In this document: positions 39,306 through 48,915 of the stretch, one piece after another
Layout of the letters: every line of letters begins with the position of its first letter
Numbering within the stretch: position 1 is the stretch's first letter
Position numbers and translations under genes: made by a program
Assembly: GCA_964481895.1 (NCBI GenBank)
Contig: CAYZUL010000002.1
Coordinates: 26,347 to 89,350 of the forward strand
Length of the DNA stretch: 63,004 nt
Source of the DNA: an uncultured Nitrospirota bacterium
GTDB taxonomy: Bacteria; Nitrospirota; Nitrospiria; JACRHA01
Direction: 5' to 3'
Notes under the pieces: generated by a model
The model's database searches: none
What the model was told of the DNA's origin: nothing
Seen by the model: the letters and a program-made list of their open reading frames with translations, nothing else

Positions 39306-40529
39306 TCATCCTTCAATAGTCTCAGGTGTAAGCCGGCAGCGGGGGTTGAGATGCGTGAAGCCTCCATGCGCATATTCCTCCTGCACCATTATGGTAATAG
39401 CCCGATCAATGTAGTCATAATAGTCTCTGAAACGCCTGTCCCTGACCTCAACGCCTATATGATATATCCCTTTCAGCAAGTTGACATCAAAATCGAACTC
39501 TATTTTGTATCGGGAGCCTTTTTTGCATCTGCCCGGCACAATACCAAGGTCTTTTGAACCAGTTGAAACCAAGCATACCTGATCAGGTCTTTTAATAAAG
39601 AATCCGAATTCCGGGGCAATAGCTTCTTCATGGAACGTAACCCAATATCTCAGGAAAGCCAAGTCACCGGAGCGGAAAGTGTTGTTGGCTTCGCCGGAGG
39701 CATCGTGTAACTCTACACCATTAATGCTTGCTACCTTTGCCCCGCCTGATACGTAGTTTATCCTGTCCTGTGAGAATAGCTTGTAGTAAGTGTCTATTGC
39801 CTGTGTTGTCTGACCGTTGATTTCTATCCCGCCTTTGTTTAACAGAATGGTTTTTTGACACATCCTTTTGATGACATCCATATTGTGAGAAACCAAAACA
39901 AGAGTGGTGCCTTCTCTGCAAAACCTGTCCATTCGCTCAAAACACTTTGCCTGAAATGGCCAATCTCCAACAGCCAGAACTTCGTCAATGAGCAGGACAT
40001 CGGGTTCGGTATGGATGGCTATGGAGAAGCCCATACGGGCATACATTCCTGAGGAGTATTTCTTCAGAGGCACATCAACAAATTGTTCCAGTTCTGAAAA
40101 GGCAATGATGCTATCAAATTTTTTTTTGATTTCTGACTGCTTCATGCCCAGAATTGTGCCATTTATAAAGACATTTTCCCTGCCGGTAAGTTCAGGGTGA
40201 AACCCTGCCCCAAGCTCAATAAGAGGGGCTATTCTTCCCGATATCTGTCTGTGCCCATGGGTAGGTATTGTTATGCCGGCTAATAACTTTAGAATAGTGC
40301 TTTTACCAGCGCCGTTAGGTCCGATAATGCCAAAAGACTCTCCTTTTTCTACTTCAAAGCTTACGTCTCTCAAAGCCCAGATTCTGCTATTACTGTCAGA
40401 AGAAATATACTCTGGACGCCGTGAAACTGCTTTTCGGAATATAGAAGCAACACTGTCCCGCAGCGTGCCGTAGCTGCCAGACCCGATGGCATATGCTTTT
40501 GACACACTCTCAAAGCGGATAACAGACAT
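39306..40529 (-). CDS. wzt: Polysaccharide ABC exporter ATP-binding protein with a C-terminal extension (Wzt-like)
   Basis: Walker A GPNGAGKST, signature-like YSSGM and Walker B VLLIDEV. An extra ~150 aa follows the nucleotide-binding domain (about 39306-39767), which is the position of the Wzt_C carbohydrate-binding domain. Confidence 0.85.
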   Translation of the reverse strand: MSVIRFESVSKAYAIGSGSYGTLRDSVASIFRKAVSRRPEYISSDSNSRIWALRDVSFEVEKGESFGIIGPNGAGKSTILKLLAGITIPTHGHRQISGRIAPLIELGAGFHPELTGRENVFINGTILGMKQSEIKKKFDSIIAFSELEQFVDVPLKKYSSGMYARMGFSIAIHTEPDVLLIDEVLAVGDWPFQAKCFERMDRFCREGTTLVLVSHNMDVIKRMCQKTILLNKGGIEINGQTTQAIDTYYKLFSQDRINYVSGGAKVASINGVELHDASGEANNTFRSGDLAFLRYWVTFHEEAIAPEFGFFIKRPDQVCLVSTGSKDLGIVPGRCKKGSRYKIEFDFDVNLLKGIYHIGVEVRDRRFRDYYDYIDRAITIMVQEEYAHGGFTHLNPRCRLTPETIEG

Positions 40530-41742
40530 TTTCCCTCTTCACAAATCCGGCGTTGATCAGCAGGCTTTTGAGAGCCGCGTATGCCTGCTCTACTGTTACC
40601 CCGGTGATACATTTAGGTACATTGTTACCACATTCCTTGGCCCGTTTGGACCCAAGGCAGGGTTCACAAGAAACATTCCCCCTTAAGCGAATAAAGTTAC
40701 CATTAGCATAAAGATTATCGAACTTTTCAGGCTTAGTTGGGCCGTAGATGGCTACCGTGGGTACCCCGACAGCTTGACTGATATGCATGAACCCGCTGTC
40801 ATTTGTCAGGAAGATGCTGCAGCGCTTTATTAATGCTGATACTTCTTTTATGTGGCCAGTCGCAATGCCAGCATTGACTTCATGCAGTTGGCACTGGATT
40901 TTGAGCACCTCTGCTTCCTCATCGGGTCCCCCAAACACTATTATTTTACCATTAAACTCATCACAGAATTGCTTTGCTGTAGCAATGAAATTATCTGCCG
41001 GCCACCGTCTGAAAAGATGGCTTAATGTGCATCCCGGATGAATACCCAGTATCAAGTCATTATAAGTTATGCCGAAGTTAGATAACATTTTTTCAGAGTT
41101 TCGCAGTGTATTCCCCTCAACTTTTAAAGAAGTTTTCCATGACCCGCTATATTGAAAGCATTCTGCCAGTTCCTCATTGTAAACAAATGGCAGTTCATCA
41201 GGAGGGCTTTTTCTCAAAAGAAAGGTCCCTATTTTGTTGGGGATAACCGCCTCTCGTCCAACATGGTTGGCATAACTAATAACCCAGCGGCTTTTGCTGA
41301 ATATAGAGACGTAAGAGACGGATAACCAGTGTTCCATATATTGATGTATTATTAAATCAAAATGTTTCGGCCTGAGACGTTTCCAAACAAAGGACAGCCA
41401 TTGGCGATGACCATAAAAGTAAAAATTTGCCGGCATCGGGATAATTTCCACTTGTGCAGGAAACAGACTGACGATTTCAGGACACCGTGCACCGGAAACA
41501 AGCATGGAAATTTGTACTTCAGGCGATACTTTGCATAAGGCTTGAATTAGCGGGGTAGCCTGGATTAGGTCGCCCATGCCTATACTCGGACGGGACATGT
41601 TAATCAAGACTTTTTGCAGTTTGCTGGGGGCAAATGTCCGATGTCGCCACCAGCCAAAAGTAGAGGAATGCAACAGATAGCCATATAACTGAAAGAGCAA
41701 AAAAAGGCCTGGTTTTTCAACTTTCTTGAAAATATTTTTCAT
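40510..41742 (-). CDS. GT9 (heptosyltransferase-like) glycosyltransferase
   Basis: GMGDLIQATPLIQAL and FLTNDSGFMHISQAVGVPTVAIYGPT are GT9 hallmarks. Confidence 0.8.
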   Translation of the reverse strand: MKNIFKKVEKPGLFLLFQLYGYLLHSSTFGWWRHRTFAPSKLQKVLINMSRPSIGMGDLIQATPLIQALCKVSPEVQISMLVSGARCPEIVSLFPAQVEIIPMPANFYFYGHRQWLSFVWKRLRPKHFDLIIHQYMEHWLSVSYVSIFSKSRWVISYANHVGREAVIPNKIGTFLLRKSPPDELPFVYNEELAECFQYSGSWKTSLKVEGNTLRNSEKMLSNFGITYNDLILGIHPGCTLSHLFRRWPADNFIATAKQFCDEFNGKIIVFGGPDEEAEVLKIQCQLHEVNAGIATGHIKEVSALIKRCSIFLTNDSGFMHISQAVGVPTVAIYGPTKPEKFDNLYANGNFIRLRGNVSCEPCLGSKRAKECGNNVPKCITGVTVEQAYAALKSLLINAGFVKRENVCYPL

Positions 41743-41805
41743 ATCCTTCTCTATGAGGAATTCTTGAGACTACTTGAATTCAGGTTATAGTTATAGTAAT
41801 GCATC

Positions 41806-42408
41806 CTAAACATTAGTCCTTGAGTATAAAAGCGGATTTAAATTTGGATCGTTATACATTTTGAATTTTCCATAAACTTTTAACATCATCTCGCCTTTTG
41901 TAACTGACACCAGAATTTGTTCGAGACAAATGATTGAATCATCAAATTGCTTTTTTAAAATAAGACTTCTTTCATAACATCTGTTACGATGGTCACTTCC
42001 GGCTTCCTCCCGTCGTGCTTCGATGTCCATGTGATAAATTCTAATGGCTAATATTGAAAGTTTGTCACATATGCTACTTATTGTCTCTGAATTGAATGGT
42101 AAACCTTTTTGTACGTTAGATTGATTGAGTTGACGAAATAGATACTCATCAATTTTGTCCATTAAATCATTTCGATGTTGATTAAGTCGGTCTATTGTTC
42201 TTTTCACATTGGCAATCTCAGAGTCTCTTGCGTCTTTTATTCTGGCTTTATCTTCTTCATGCCATATCAAATAATTAGTATGAAGCTGCTTTATCATCAA
42301 CTCACATAATTCGTTATCCGTGGTATTAAGTTTGAGATTCTCATGCCAAAGTTCTACAAGCGCTAAATAGTTATTAACGCAATTTAGTATATTCTTTATG
42401 ATATTCAA
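41806..42408 (-). CDS. DUF4254-like protein (uncharacterised, commonly GT9-associated)
   Basis: LIWHEEDKARIKDARDSEIANVKRTIDRLNQHRNDLMDKID resembles the WHxED-AR core I recall for DUF4254. The start is TTG, so the 5' end is uncertain. Confidence 0.45.
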   Translation of the reverse strand: MNIIKNILNCVNNYLALVELWHENLKLNTTDNELCELMIKQLHTNYLIWHEEDKARIKDARDSEIANVKRTIDRLNQHRNDLMDKIDEYLFRQLNQSNVQKGLPFNSETISSICDKLSILAIRIYHMDIEARREEAGSDHRNRCYERSLILKKQFDDSIICLEQILVSVTKGEMMLKVYGKFKMYNDPNLNPLLYSRTNV

Positions 42409-42573
42409 TTGGGTACCCTATTGATTATCTATCGCTGAATCTTCTTACATGCTTCCAAATCAAAGACCTGGATATAACCTGCATGGACCCTTTTCCCATC
42501 CCATTGCATAGTTCTAATGTAATTACTATTCGAGGAATGCTCGGGGTAATTTGTATTAAAAAAAAGTCTTTTC

Positions 42574-43611
42574 CTATTCATCCCTGATAAGGTAGTCTTT
42601 CAACTCTTCAATAGGCCAATCAGCTTTGTCCCACCCATAGTAGGCGGGAACGCATTTGTGGTGTTTAGCGATCCAGCTTGAGTTCGGCAACTCTGCGTTC
42701 TTATGCTCGATTGTTGTGCCATGATCTGTTATGCCAAAAACCTGGCCGGTTTCTTCGGAAAGCTTATAATCAAAGACAATATATTTGTAATAGCCGGACG
42801 ACATCCCTTCCGGCATTCTTACTGTGCGTTCAAAAATAGTATCGTATTTTTTGGCTAAATCTCTTTTCCATTCTAAAATTTGTTCAAGCCTTTCCATTTG
42901 AACCAAACCAAGAGCTGCGGTGAATTCACTCATCCTGAAATTAAAGCCGTCCTGCATTAAGTAACTGACATTTCCATCAATCACTCTTTTGCCGTAATTT
43001 CTATATAATTTTAACCACTCCGAAAAATCTCTATCCTTACTGCAAACCATTCCTCCCTCGCCCAGCGGCATGGTTTTTGTTGCATAAAAAGAATAGGCTC
43101 CGGCGAATCCCCAAGAACCTGCTTTTTGCCCTCTATAAACTGCACCATGGGCATGGGCGCAGTCTTCTACAAGATAGATATTTATTTCCTTACAAAATTG
43201 AGAAATAGACTCTATATCAAATGCAATGTGTCCTCCAATATGTACTACAACAACGGCTTTTGTTTGAGGAGTGAGTTTTTTCTTAATATCCTCTAAAGAA
43301 ATACATAAATCATATTTGTTGCAATCAGCGTAAATGACATTGCCGCCCGCTTTCTTTACCGCTGCTGCTGTTGCCCAGAATGTATTGGCAGGAACAATAA
43401 CATCTTGATTCTTCACATTGAGATATTCAAATATGGAAAGAAGTCCCGCTCCCCCGCTTGAAATACTTAAAGCGGGTATGCCAATGTATTCAGAAAAAAT
43501 TTCTTCAAATTCCCTGACCTTTTTTCCTTCTGACCAAAAGTTACTATCAAATACCTCATCGAGATGTTTATAAAAGATTTTTCTATATTTTTCTTCGAAG
43601 GGTAATTTCAT
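42574..43611 (-). CDS. DegT/DnrJ/EryC1-family PLP-dependent sugar aminotransferase (WbpE-like)
   Basis: VIVPANTF, EDCAHAHG, and YSFYATKTMPLGEGGMV with the PLP-binding Lys. Confidence 0.85.
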   Translation of the reverse strand: MKLPFEEKYRKIFYKHLDEVFDSNFWSEGKKVREFEEIFSEYIGIPALSISSGGAGLLSIFEYLNVKNQDVIVPANTFWATAAAVKKAGGNVIYADCNKYDLCISLEDIKKKLTPQTKAVVVVHIGGHIAFDIESISQFCKEINIYLVEDCAHAHGAVYRGQKAGSWGFAGAYSFYATKTMPLGEGGMVCSKDRDFSEWLKLYRNYGKRVIDGNVSYLMQDGFNFRMSEFTAALGLVQMERLEQILEWKRDLAKKYDTIFERTVRMPEGMSSGYYKYIVFDYKLSEETGQVFGITDHGTTIEHKNAELPNSSWIAKHHKCVPAYYGWDKADWPIEELKDYLIRDE

Positions 43612-43686
43612 GATAAATATTTATCCTTTGAGGTTCTTGCAAAAGTCTGCAAAAGAGAACTGTTTGTCACCGACCCGAAAATACCT

Positions 43687-44739
43687 TCAAATAAAATTCA
43701 TGGTCCTTAATTCTCCAAGAGAATAAAATATTTGATTAAAGTATGTTATGCGGCAAACGTCACAGCCGATCTGAGCTTCAGAATTCAATAACTGTCCGGT
43801 AACGGTTTCCCGCGTTTTAGAGAGCCAGATATCTTCAAAATCCGACCGGTTCAAGTTTCCCAATATTTTAATGTCATGCCTTCGCTTCTCGCACATGACC
43901 ACATTGCCGTCAGCCCTGATTACGCATGTTAAGGAGTGGGCAACGCATGGGAGATTGGCATTATTTTTTACAAATCTCTTTTCTAATCTCAAAAGCACTT
44001 TTATGCGAAATTGTTCTTCATTGTTAATGAGATACTTATGAAGCCTGTATAATTTTTCAAAATCAGGCAGGCTCTCAGGCGCTTCTTCAACAGGTCGCAT
44101 GTAGATGTAATCCACTCCTGTCTTATCAAGCAATCCTATAAAATCCAGGAGGTTTTTATCATTGTTTTTTGTAATAACGTACCCGACGCCGAGAAGCGTT
44201 TCCGAATTATTTCTCAGGCCGTTTATGTTTTTAATGTTTTCTATAATGTCTTTAAAGCGGTCCACGTTCTTTTCATATTTGTATTCATCGGGATTTGTAG
44301 CGTCAACAGAGACACGAATCCATCTGAGATATTTAACCGACTCAGATATATCCGTCGTTCCATTCGTAATCAACCCCGCGTCCAGGCCAAGTTCGCCTGC
44401 GTAACGCACTATTTCGGGAAAATCTTTATGTTTTGTCGGTTCCCCGCCGCCTTCAAACGTGACTCCGACGTTTTGGGTCTTAAATTCACGCAATAGTTTT
44501 TTGACGACTTCCAAATCTAATGCGGCTCTGATTTCTCTGAGGTTCCGGTCCGTGCACCAGTAACAATTAAGATTGCATTGATTTGTTAAATGGAGTTCCA
44601 CGCTTATTGGCCATAATAGATCACAGATTTTCTTTCCATCGCGTACATTAAAGATAGAATTTATTTTATCGTGTTTATTTAATAATTTAATGGGCTCATA
44701 TTCTAAAGGCGTAAAGTAGTTTATTGGGTAATTATTCAT
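43687..44739 (-). CDS. Radical SAM enzyme (no B12 domain; Cys-containing C-terminal region)
   Basis: LTNQCNLNCYWC CxxxCxxC motif and FEGGGEP. Later cysteines occur in LPCVAHSLTCVIRADGNVVMC and GCDVC. Confidence 0.8.
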   Translation of the reverse strand: MNNYPINYFTPLEYEPIKLLNKHDKINSIFNVRDGKKICDLLWPISVELHLTNQCNLNCYWCTDRNLREIRAALDLEVVKKLLREFKTQNVGVTFEGGGEPTKHKDFPEIVRYAGELGLDAGLITNGTTDISESVKYLRWIRVSVDATNPDEYKYEKNVDRFKDIIENIKNINGLRNNSETLLGVGYVITKNNDKNLLDFIGLLDKTGVDYIYMRPVEEAPESLPDFEKLYRLHKYLINNEEQFRIKVLLRLEKRFVKNNANLPCVAHSLTCVIRADGNVVMCEKRRHDIKILGNLNRSDFEDIWLSKTRETVTGQLLNSEAQIGCDVCRITYFNQIFYSLGELRTMNFI

Positions 44740-44820
44740 GGTCTGTTATAAAAAAGTCTCTAAGACATTCATATATTTGTATTCAAGGGGATTTAGATTG
44801 ATTATCGGTATATGCTTCAT

Positions 44821-46398
44821 TTAGCCAATTACTTCTGTAACAATTTCAAACTTGTTGTTCTTCAATTCATATGTATTACAGCAATTACTGCATGTAGCCT
44901 GGTTATCATTAAACTTTAAGGTTATTCCACACCTGCAGGCCCAGCCGCGTTGTTTCGCCGGAACTCCGGCATAAACTGCATAATCAGGCACATCTGACTT
45001 AACCACAGCTCCCGCACCTATCATTGCGTATTTGCCTATTGTAGTGCCGCAAACAATTGTTGAATTCGCGCCTATAGTGGCACCTCTTTTAACAAGAGTT
45101 TCCTTAAATTCATGTTTCCTTTCTATGAAGGCCCTTGGATTATAGACATTGGTAAAAACACAGGAAGGACCACAGAAAACTTCATCCTCAATAGTTATTC
45201 CTTTGTAAACAGATACATTGTTCTGAATTTTACATTTATTACCGATAGTTACATTCGGTCCAATTGATACATTTTGTCCAATAATGACATCATCGCCTAT
45301 CGTACTGCCCCTAAGTATATGTGAAAAGTGCCATATCTTTGTATTGTTTCCAATTTTGGCTTCCTCATCAACGTATGCACTCTCATGTATATAATTATTT
45401 GTGAAATGTTGATATGCCTTAATGTCTCTCTTTATTGACAGGCTTTTCTCAGCCGATTCCAGTATTTTTAATACCCTTAGACCCTCATAGCCATCTGTTT
45501 TAGGCTTCTTTCTCTCAAGAATACATTCAACGAAATGTTTAAGCTCCTCTTTCAATGGCTCTGCGTTGTTTATCTTAACAGTCTTATACTCGGCTTTTTG
45601 AGCTACCGGTATCTTACCATTTGACCATTCTATTGAATGAGGATAGATAAACAATTTTTCTTTGCTCAGGTCATCAAAGACACACATTGATTTGGAACCA
45701 ACGATGATTAACTTTTGCTCTTTAAATGGATGAAGCCAGCTGACGAAGACATGACCCTTAACTCCATTACTGAACTCCATGGTTGTCAAAGTTGTATCGT
45801 AAATTCCCTTATTAAGATAGTCTCCTCCAAAGGATAAAACTTTTAATGGTTCTTCTTCGAGAAGCATTAGAATTACTGATATATCATGAGGAGCAAAGCT
45901 CCAGAGAATATTTTCTTCAGTTCTGAGTTTTCCAATGTTCAGACGGTTGGAGTAAATATATTGAATCTTTCCCAGCTCTCCAGAGGATATAAGTTCTTTT
46001 AGCTTTATAATTGCGGGGTGATACTGAAGTAGGTGTCCCACCATTAATACCTTTTTTTCCTTTTCAGCGAGATCCAATAGTTCTTTTCCTTCTTGAACAG
46101 TCAGAGCGAGTGGTTTCTCAACAAACACATCCTTGCCAGATTGTAATGACTTTTTCACTAACTCATAGTGTGTAATAGCCTGTGTCGCAATGGCAACCGC
46201 CTTTATTATGGGGTTTTGAAGTATTTCTTCAAATGAGGTCGTGTAGTTAATCCCTGGCAGTTTATCTGCACTTTCTGAAATAACCTTGGCATCAAAATCA
46301 GAGGCAGTATGAAGCACTCCCATCGTATAAAGATTACGAAGGATATTTTTCCCCCAGTAGCCAAGACCGACAAGACCTATTATTTTTCGAGTTTCCAT
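44821..46398 (-). CDS. Fusion protein: Gfo/Idh/MocA oxidoreductase (WbpB-like) + hexapeptide N-acetyltransferase (WbpD-like) + Cys-rich tail
   Basis: N-terminal [12 protein letters not shown] Rossmann motif and an oxidoreductase body of ~330 aa. LbH repeats follow ([49 protein letters not shown]). The tail is WACRCG...CSNCC. Confidence 0.8.
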   Translation of the reverse strand: METRKIIGLVGLGYWGKNILRNLYTMGVLHTASDFDAKVISESADKLPGINYTTSFEEILQNPIIKAVAIATQAITHYELVKKSLQSGKDVFVEKPLALTVQEGKELLDLAEKEKKVLMVGHLLQYHPAIIKLKELISSGELGKIQYIYSNRLNIGKLRTEENILWSFAPHDISVILMLLEEEPLKVLSFGGDYLNKGIYDTTLTTMEFSNGVKGHVFVSWLHPFKEQKLIIVGSKSMCVFDDLSKEKLFIYPHSIEWSNGKIPVAQKAEYKTVKINNAEPLKEELKHFVECILERKKPKTDGYEGLRVLKILESAEKSLSIKRDIKAYQHFTNNYIHESAYVDEEAKIGNNTKIWHFSHILRGSTIGDDVIIGQNVSIGPNVTIGNKCKIQNNVSVYKGITIEDEVFCGPSCVFTNVYNPRAFIERKHEFKETLVKRGATIGANSTIVCGTTIGKYAMIGAGAVVKSDVPDYAVYAGVPAKQRGWACRCGITLKFNDNQATCSNCCNTYELKNNKFEIVTEVIG

Positions 46399-46403
46399 TT
46401 ATT

Positions 46404-47555
46404 TTACTGCTTAATCGTCTTTATCAAAGCACTCACAATTCGGACTGCCGCTTCCCCATCACCATAATAAGACACGTCATTTACTAACGGTTTATGTGAG
46501 CCGCTGTAATTTTTATATAACACGTTCCATCCGCTTTGAAGTGTTTCTGCCCACTCCGTTTCATCTCTTAAAGTGATACATGGTACCTTAAGCCAGTAAG
46601 CCTCCTTTTGTATTCCACCGGAGTCTGTCATAACAAGGGCGCTTTTTTGCAAAAGCATTAGATTATCAAAATAACCCAATGGCATGATAATTTTGATATT
46701 GTCGGTAAATTTTGTTCTGGAACTCCCATAAATTTTTTTCGTCCTTGGATGCATAGGAAAAATTAGGTTTCTGTCCATAGATATTTCATTAACAAAATCT
46801 ATTATCTCCTTAAGCTTTTCTAAATTATCCGTATTCTCTGCCCTATGTAAAGTCAATAAATTATAATCTTTGTCTTCGAGCTGCAACTGTTCTATAATTC
46901 TTGACCGTCTATTGGCAATATTAACTGAAAATAAAAATGCATCATACATTACATCGCCTGTATTTATAACAAGCGGATTATCGATTTCGGCATCAGCGCT
47001 ATCCGCATTATAAAAAAAATAGTCCCGTGAAATAAAATCTCCGTTATTTAGTACATTATTAAAACTCTCATTCCTTAAATTCTTAATGGCTGCCTTGCTT
47101 GGGCAAAACAGAAGGGTAGATACACGGTCAGTTAAAATTCGGTTAATTTCCTCTGGCATCTTCTTGTTAAAGCTTCTCAGCCCTGATTCGACATGAGCTA
47201 CAGGGATATGAATCTTTGCAGTCGCAAGAGCGCCACCTAATGTAGAGTTTGTATCACCATAAACCATAACAACATCAGGTCTGACTTTCATAAGCACGTC
47301 CTCAACTTTTTGAATGATCTGTCCTGTCTGTTCACCGTGACTTCCTGAACCGACACCAAGATGATAATCAGGTGTTTTAATACCGAACTCATCAAAAAAA
47401 ACTTTTGACATATTATAATCGTAATGCTGACCTGTATGAATAAGTATTTCACTTACAACATTGTCTGAGTTTGCGGCGTATTTTTTGATAGCTTCTGATA
47501 TAGGAAAGAATTTTATAAACTGTGGACGTGCACCAACTATATTTGCTATTTTCAT
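46404..47555 (-). CDS. wecB: UDP-N-acetylglucosamine 2-epimerase (non-hydrolysing) family
   Basis: GARPQFIK, HTGQHYD, HVESGLRS, PEEINR, and DSGGIQKEA near the C-terminus. Confidence 0.88.
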   Translation of the reverse strand: MKIANIVGARPQFIKFFPISEAIKKYAANSDNVVSEILIHTGQHYDYNMSKVFFDEFGIKTPDYHLGVGSGSHGEQTGQIIQKVEDVLMKVRPDVVMVYGDTNSTLGGALATAKIHIPVAHVESGLRSFNKKMPEEINRILTDRVSTLLFCPSKAAIKNLRNESFNNVLNNGDFISRDYFFYNADSADAEIDNPLVINTGDVMYDAFLFSVNIANRRSRIIEQLQLEDKDYNLLTLHRAENTDNLEKLKEIIDFVNEISMDRNLIFPMHPRTKKIYGSSRTKFTDNIKIIMPLGYFDNLMLLQKSALVMTDSGGIQKEAYWLKVPCITLRDETEWAETLQSGWNVLYKNYSGSHKPLVNDVSYYGDGEAAVRIVSALIKTIKQ

Positions 47556-47617
47556 TGAAGAAAAAAGGTCTCAAACTGGAAAATAGGGACAGCGACCATT
47601 ATTGTCATTTTTACATC

Positions 47618-48859
47618 TTACACCTTACACCCAGATAACACTTTCACAATTCTTTCCGCTGCTTTTCCATCCCATAACTCAGGAACTTTTTTAGGCATAT
47701 AGCTCTGAGGAGAGTACGTAGAGTTAACACTGTGAGACCTATATAAATCAAGAATCGCTCTTATTTCAGAAACCAGATTTCCGACATTGACAAGTCTATT
47801 GGTACCTTCGGTAATTGTTACGGGTCTCTCAGTCGTGTCTCGCAGAGTAAGACAAGGAACCCCTAAAACTGTTGTCTCTTCCTGTATACCACCCGAATCA
47901 GTCAGTACGAACCTCGCGTTCATGTTCAAATTTAGACACTCCAAGAAGCCGAGTGGATTTACAAGGTAAATCCCATTATTTCTTATCGGTGATTCTTCAT
48001 TGGTTTGATCAACAAAATATTTACCACAGGAGAAGACTTCGATCTGCTTTCGGGTGCGGGGGTGACTGGGGAAGATGATCGAAAGGTCTTTCGATATCTC
48101 CCTCAATCCGGCAGCAATGGCAGAAAGCTTCTCTCTGTTGTCAACATTGGAAGGCCTATGCAGGGTCAGTACCGCATAAGGCACATCAGCTTTCAGTATT
48201 CTATGGGCTACGCCGAGACCCTCTGCTCTTGTTTTATACTTTAACAGGGTATCGATCATCACATTGCCGACAAAATAAACTTTGTCGTCAGGAATACCTT
48301 CCTCTTTGAGATTCTTAAGTCCGGATGGTTCTGAAACAAAAAGCAAATCAGATATATGATCGGTAAGTATCCTATTGATCTCTTCAGGCATAGAACGATC
48401 AAAAGAACGTAGACCAGCTTCAACATGAGCAATAAGCGGCCTTTCACAACAGGGGCCAGACGTTAGGCTCCAGGTATCGGATCTTCTCCCATTTCCTGCA
48501 TCATAATTATAATTAATTTTTGAGGCAGCGAGTGCACAGGCTAGGGTTGAATTTACATCTCCTACAACTATAACGAGGTCAGGTGCTTCTTTTAGTAAGA
48601 TTTTTTCAAATTTGATTATTATATCGGCAGTCTGTTCCGCATGTGTGCCTGAACCAACACCAAGAAAGATATCCGGTTTGGGCATGTCTAAGTCGCGGAA
48701 AAAGTTATCAGACATATTTGTATCGTAATGCTGGCCCGTATGGAGTAGCACTGGCTCAAGGGTTCTATACCGTTTCATTTCCTCAAGAATAGGCGCCGCT
48801 TTCATAAAGTTAGGACGTGCGCCAACAACCAGGATGACTTTAATCTTCTTTGCTTTCAT
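47618..48859 (-). CDS. UDP-N-acetylglucosamine 2-epimerase family paralog with an internal insertion
   Basis: GARPNFMK, HTGQHYD, HVEAGLRS, PEEINR and DSGGIQEET. An extra ~26 aa (NYNYDAGNGRRSDTWSLTSGPCCERP, 48437-48514) precedes HVEAGLRS. Confidence 0.85.
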   Translation of the reverse strand: MKAKKIKVILVVGARPNFMKAAPILEEMKRYRTLEPVLLHTGQHYDTNMSDNFFRDLDMPKPDIFLGVGSGTHAEQTADIIIKFEKILLKEAPDLVIVVGDVNSTLACALAASKINYNYDAGNGRRSDTWSLTSGPCCERPLIAHVEAGLRSFDRSMPEEINRILTDHISDLLFVSEPSGLKNLKEEGIPDDKVYFVGNVMIDTLLKYKTRAEGLGVAHRILKADVPYAVLTLHRPSNVDNREKLSAIAAGLREISKDLSIIFPSHPRTRKQIEVFSCGKYFVDQTNEESPIRNNGIYLVNPLGFLECLNLNMNARFVLTDSGGIQEETTVLGVPCLTLRDTTERPVTITEGTNRLVNVGNLVSEIRAILDLYRSHSVNSTYSPQSYMPKKVPELWDGKAAERIVKVLSGCKV

Positions 48860-48915
48860 TTCCTATAATTTGAGCGCGATTTAACACATAGCTTTCAATA
48901 CTTACTGTCGCCACA

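Noticed and set aside
39284-39373. A longer form of the Wzm permease starting at 39373.
   Set aside because: It would overlap wzt by 68 nt and add 30 non-family residues. The ATG at 39283 has a strong AAGGAGG site upstream.
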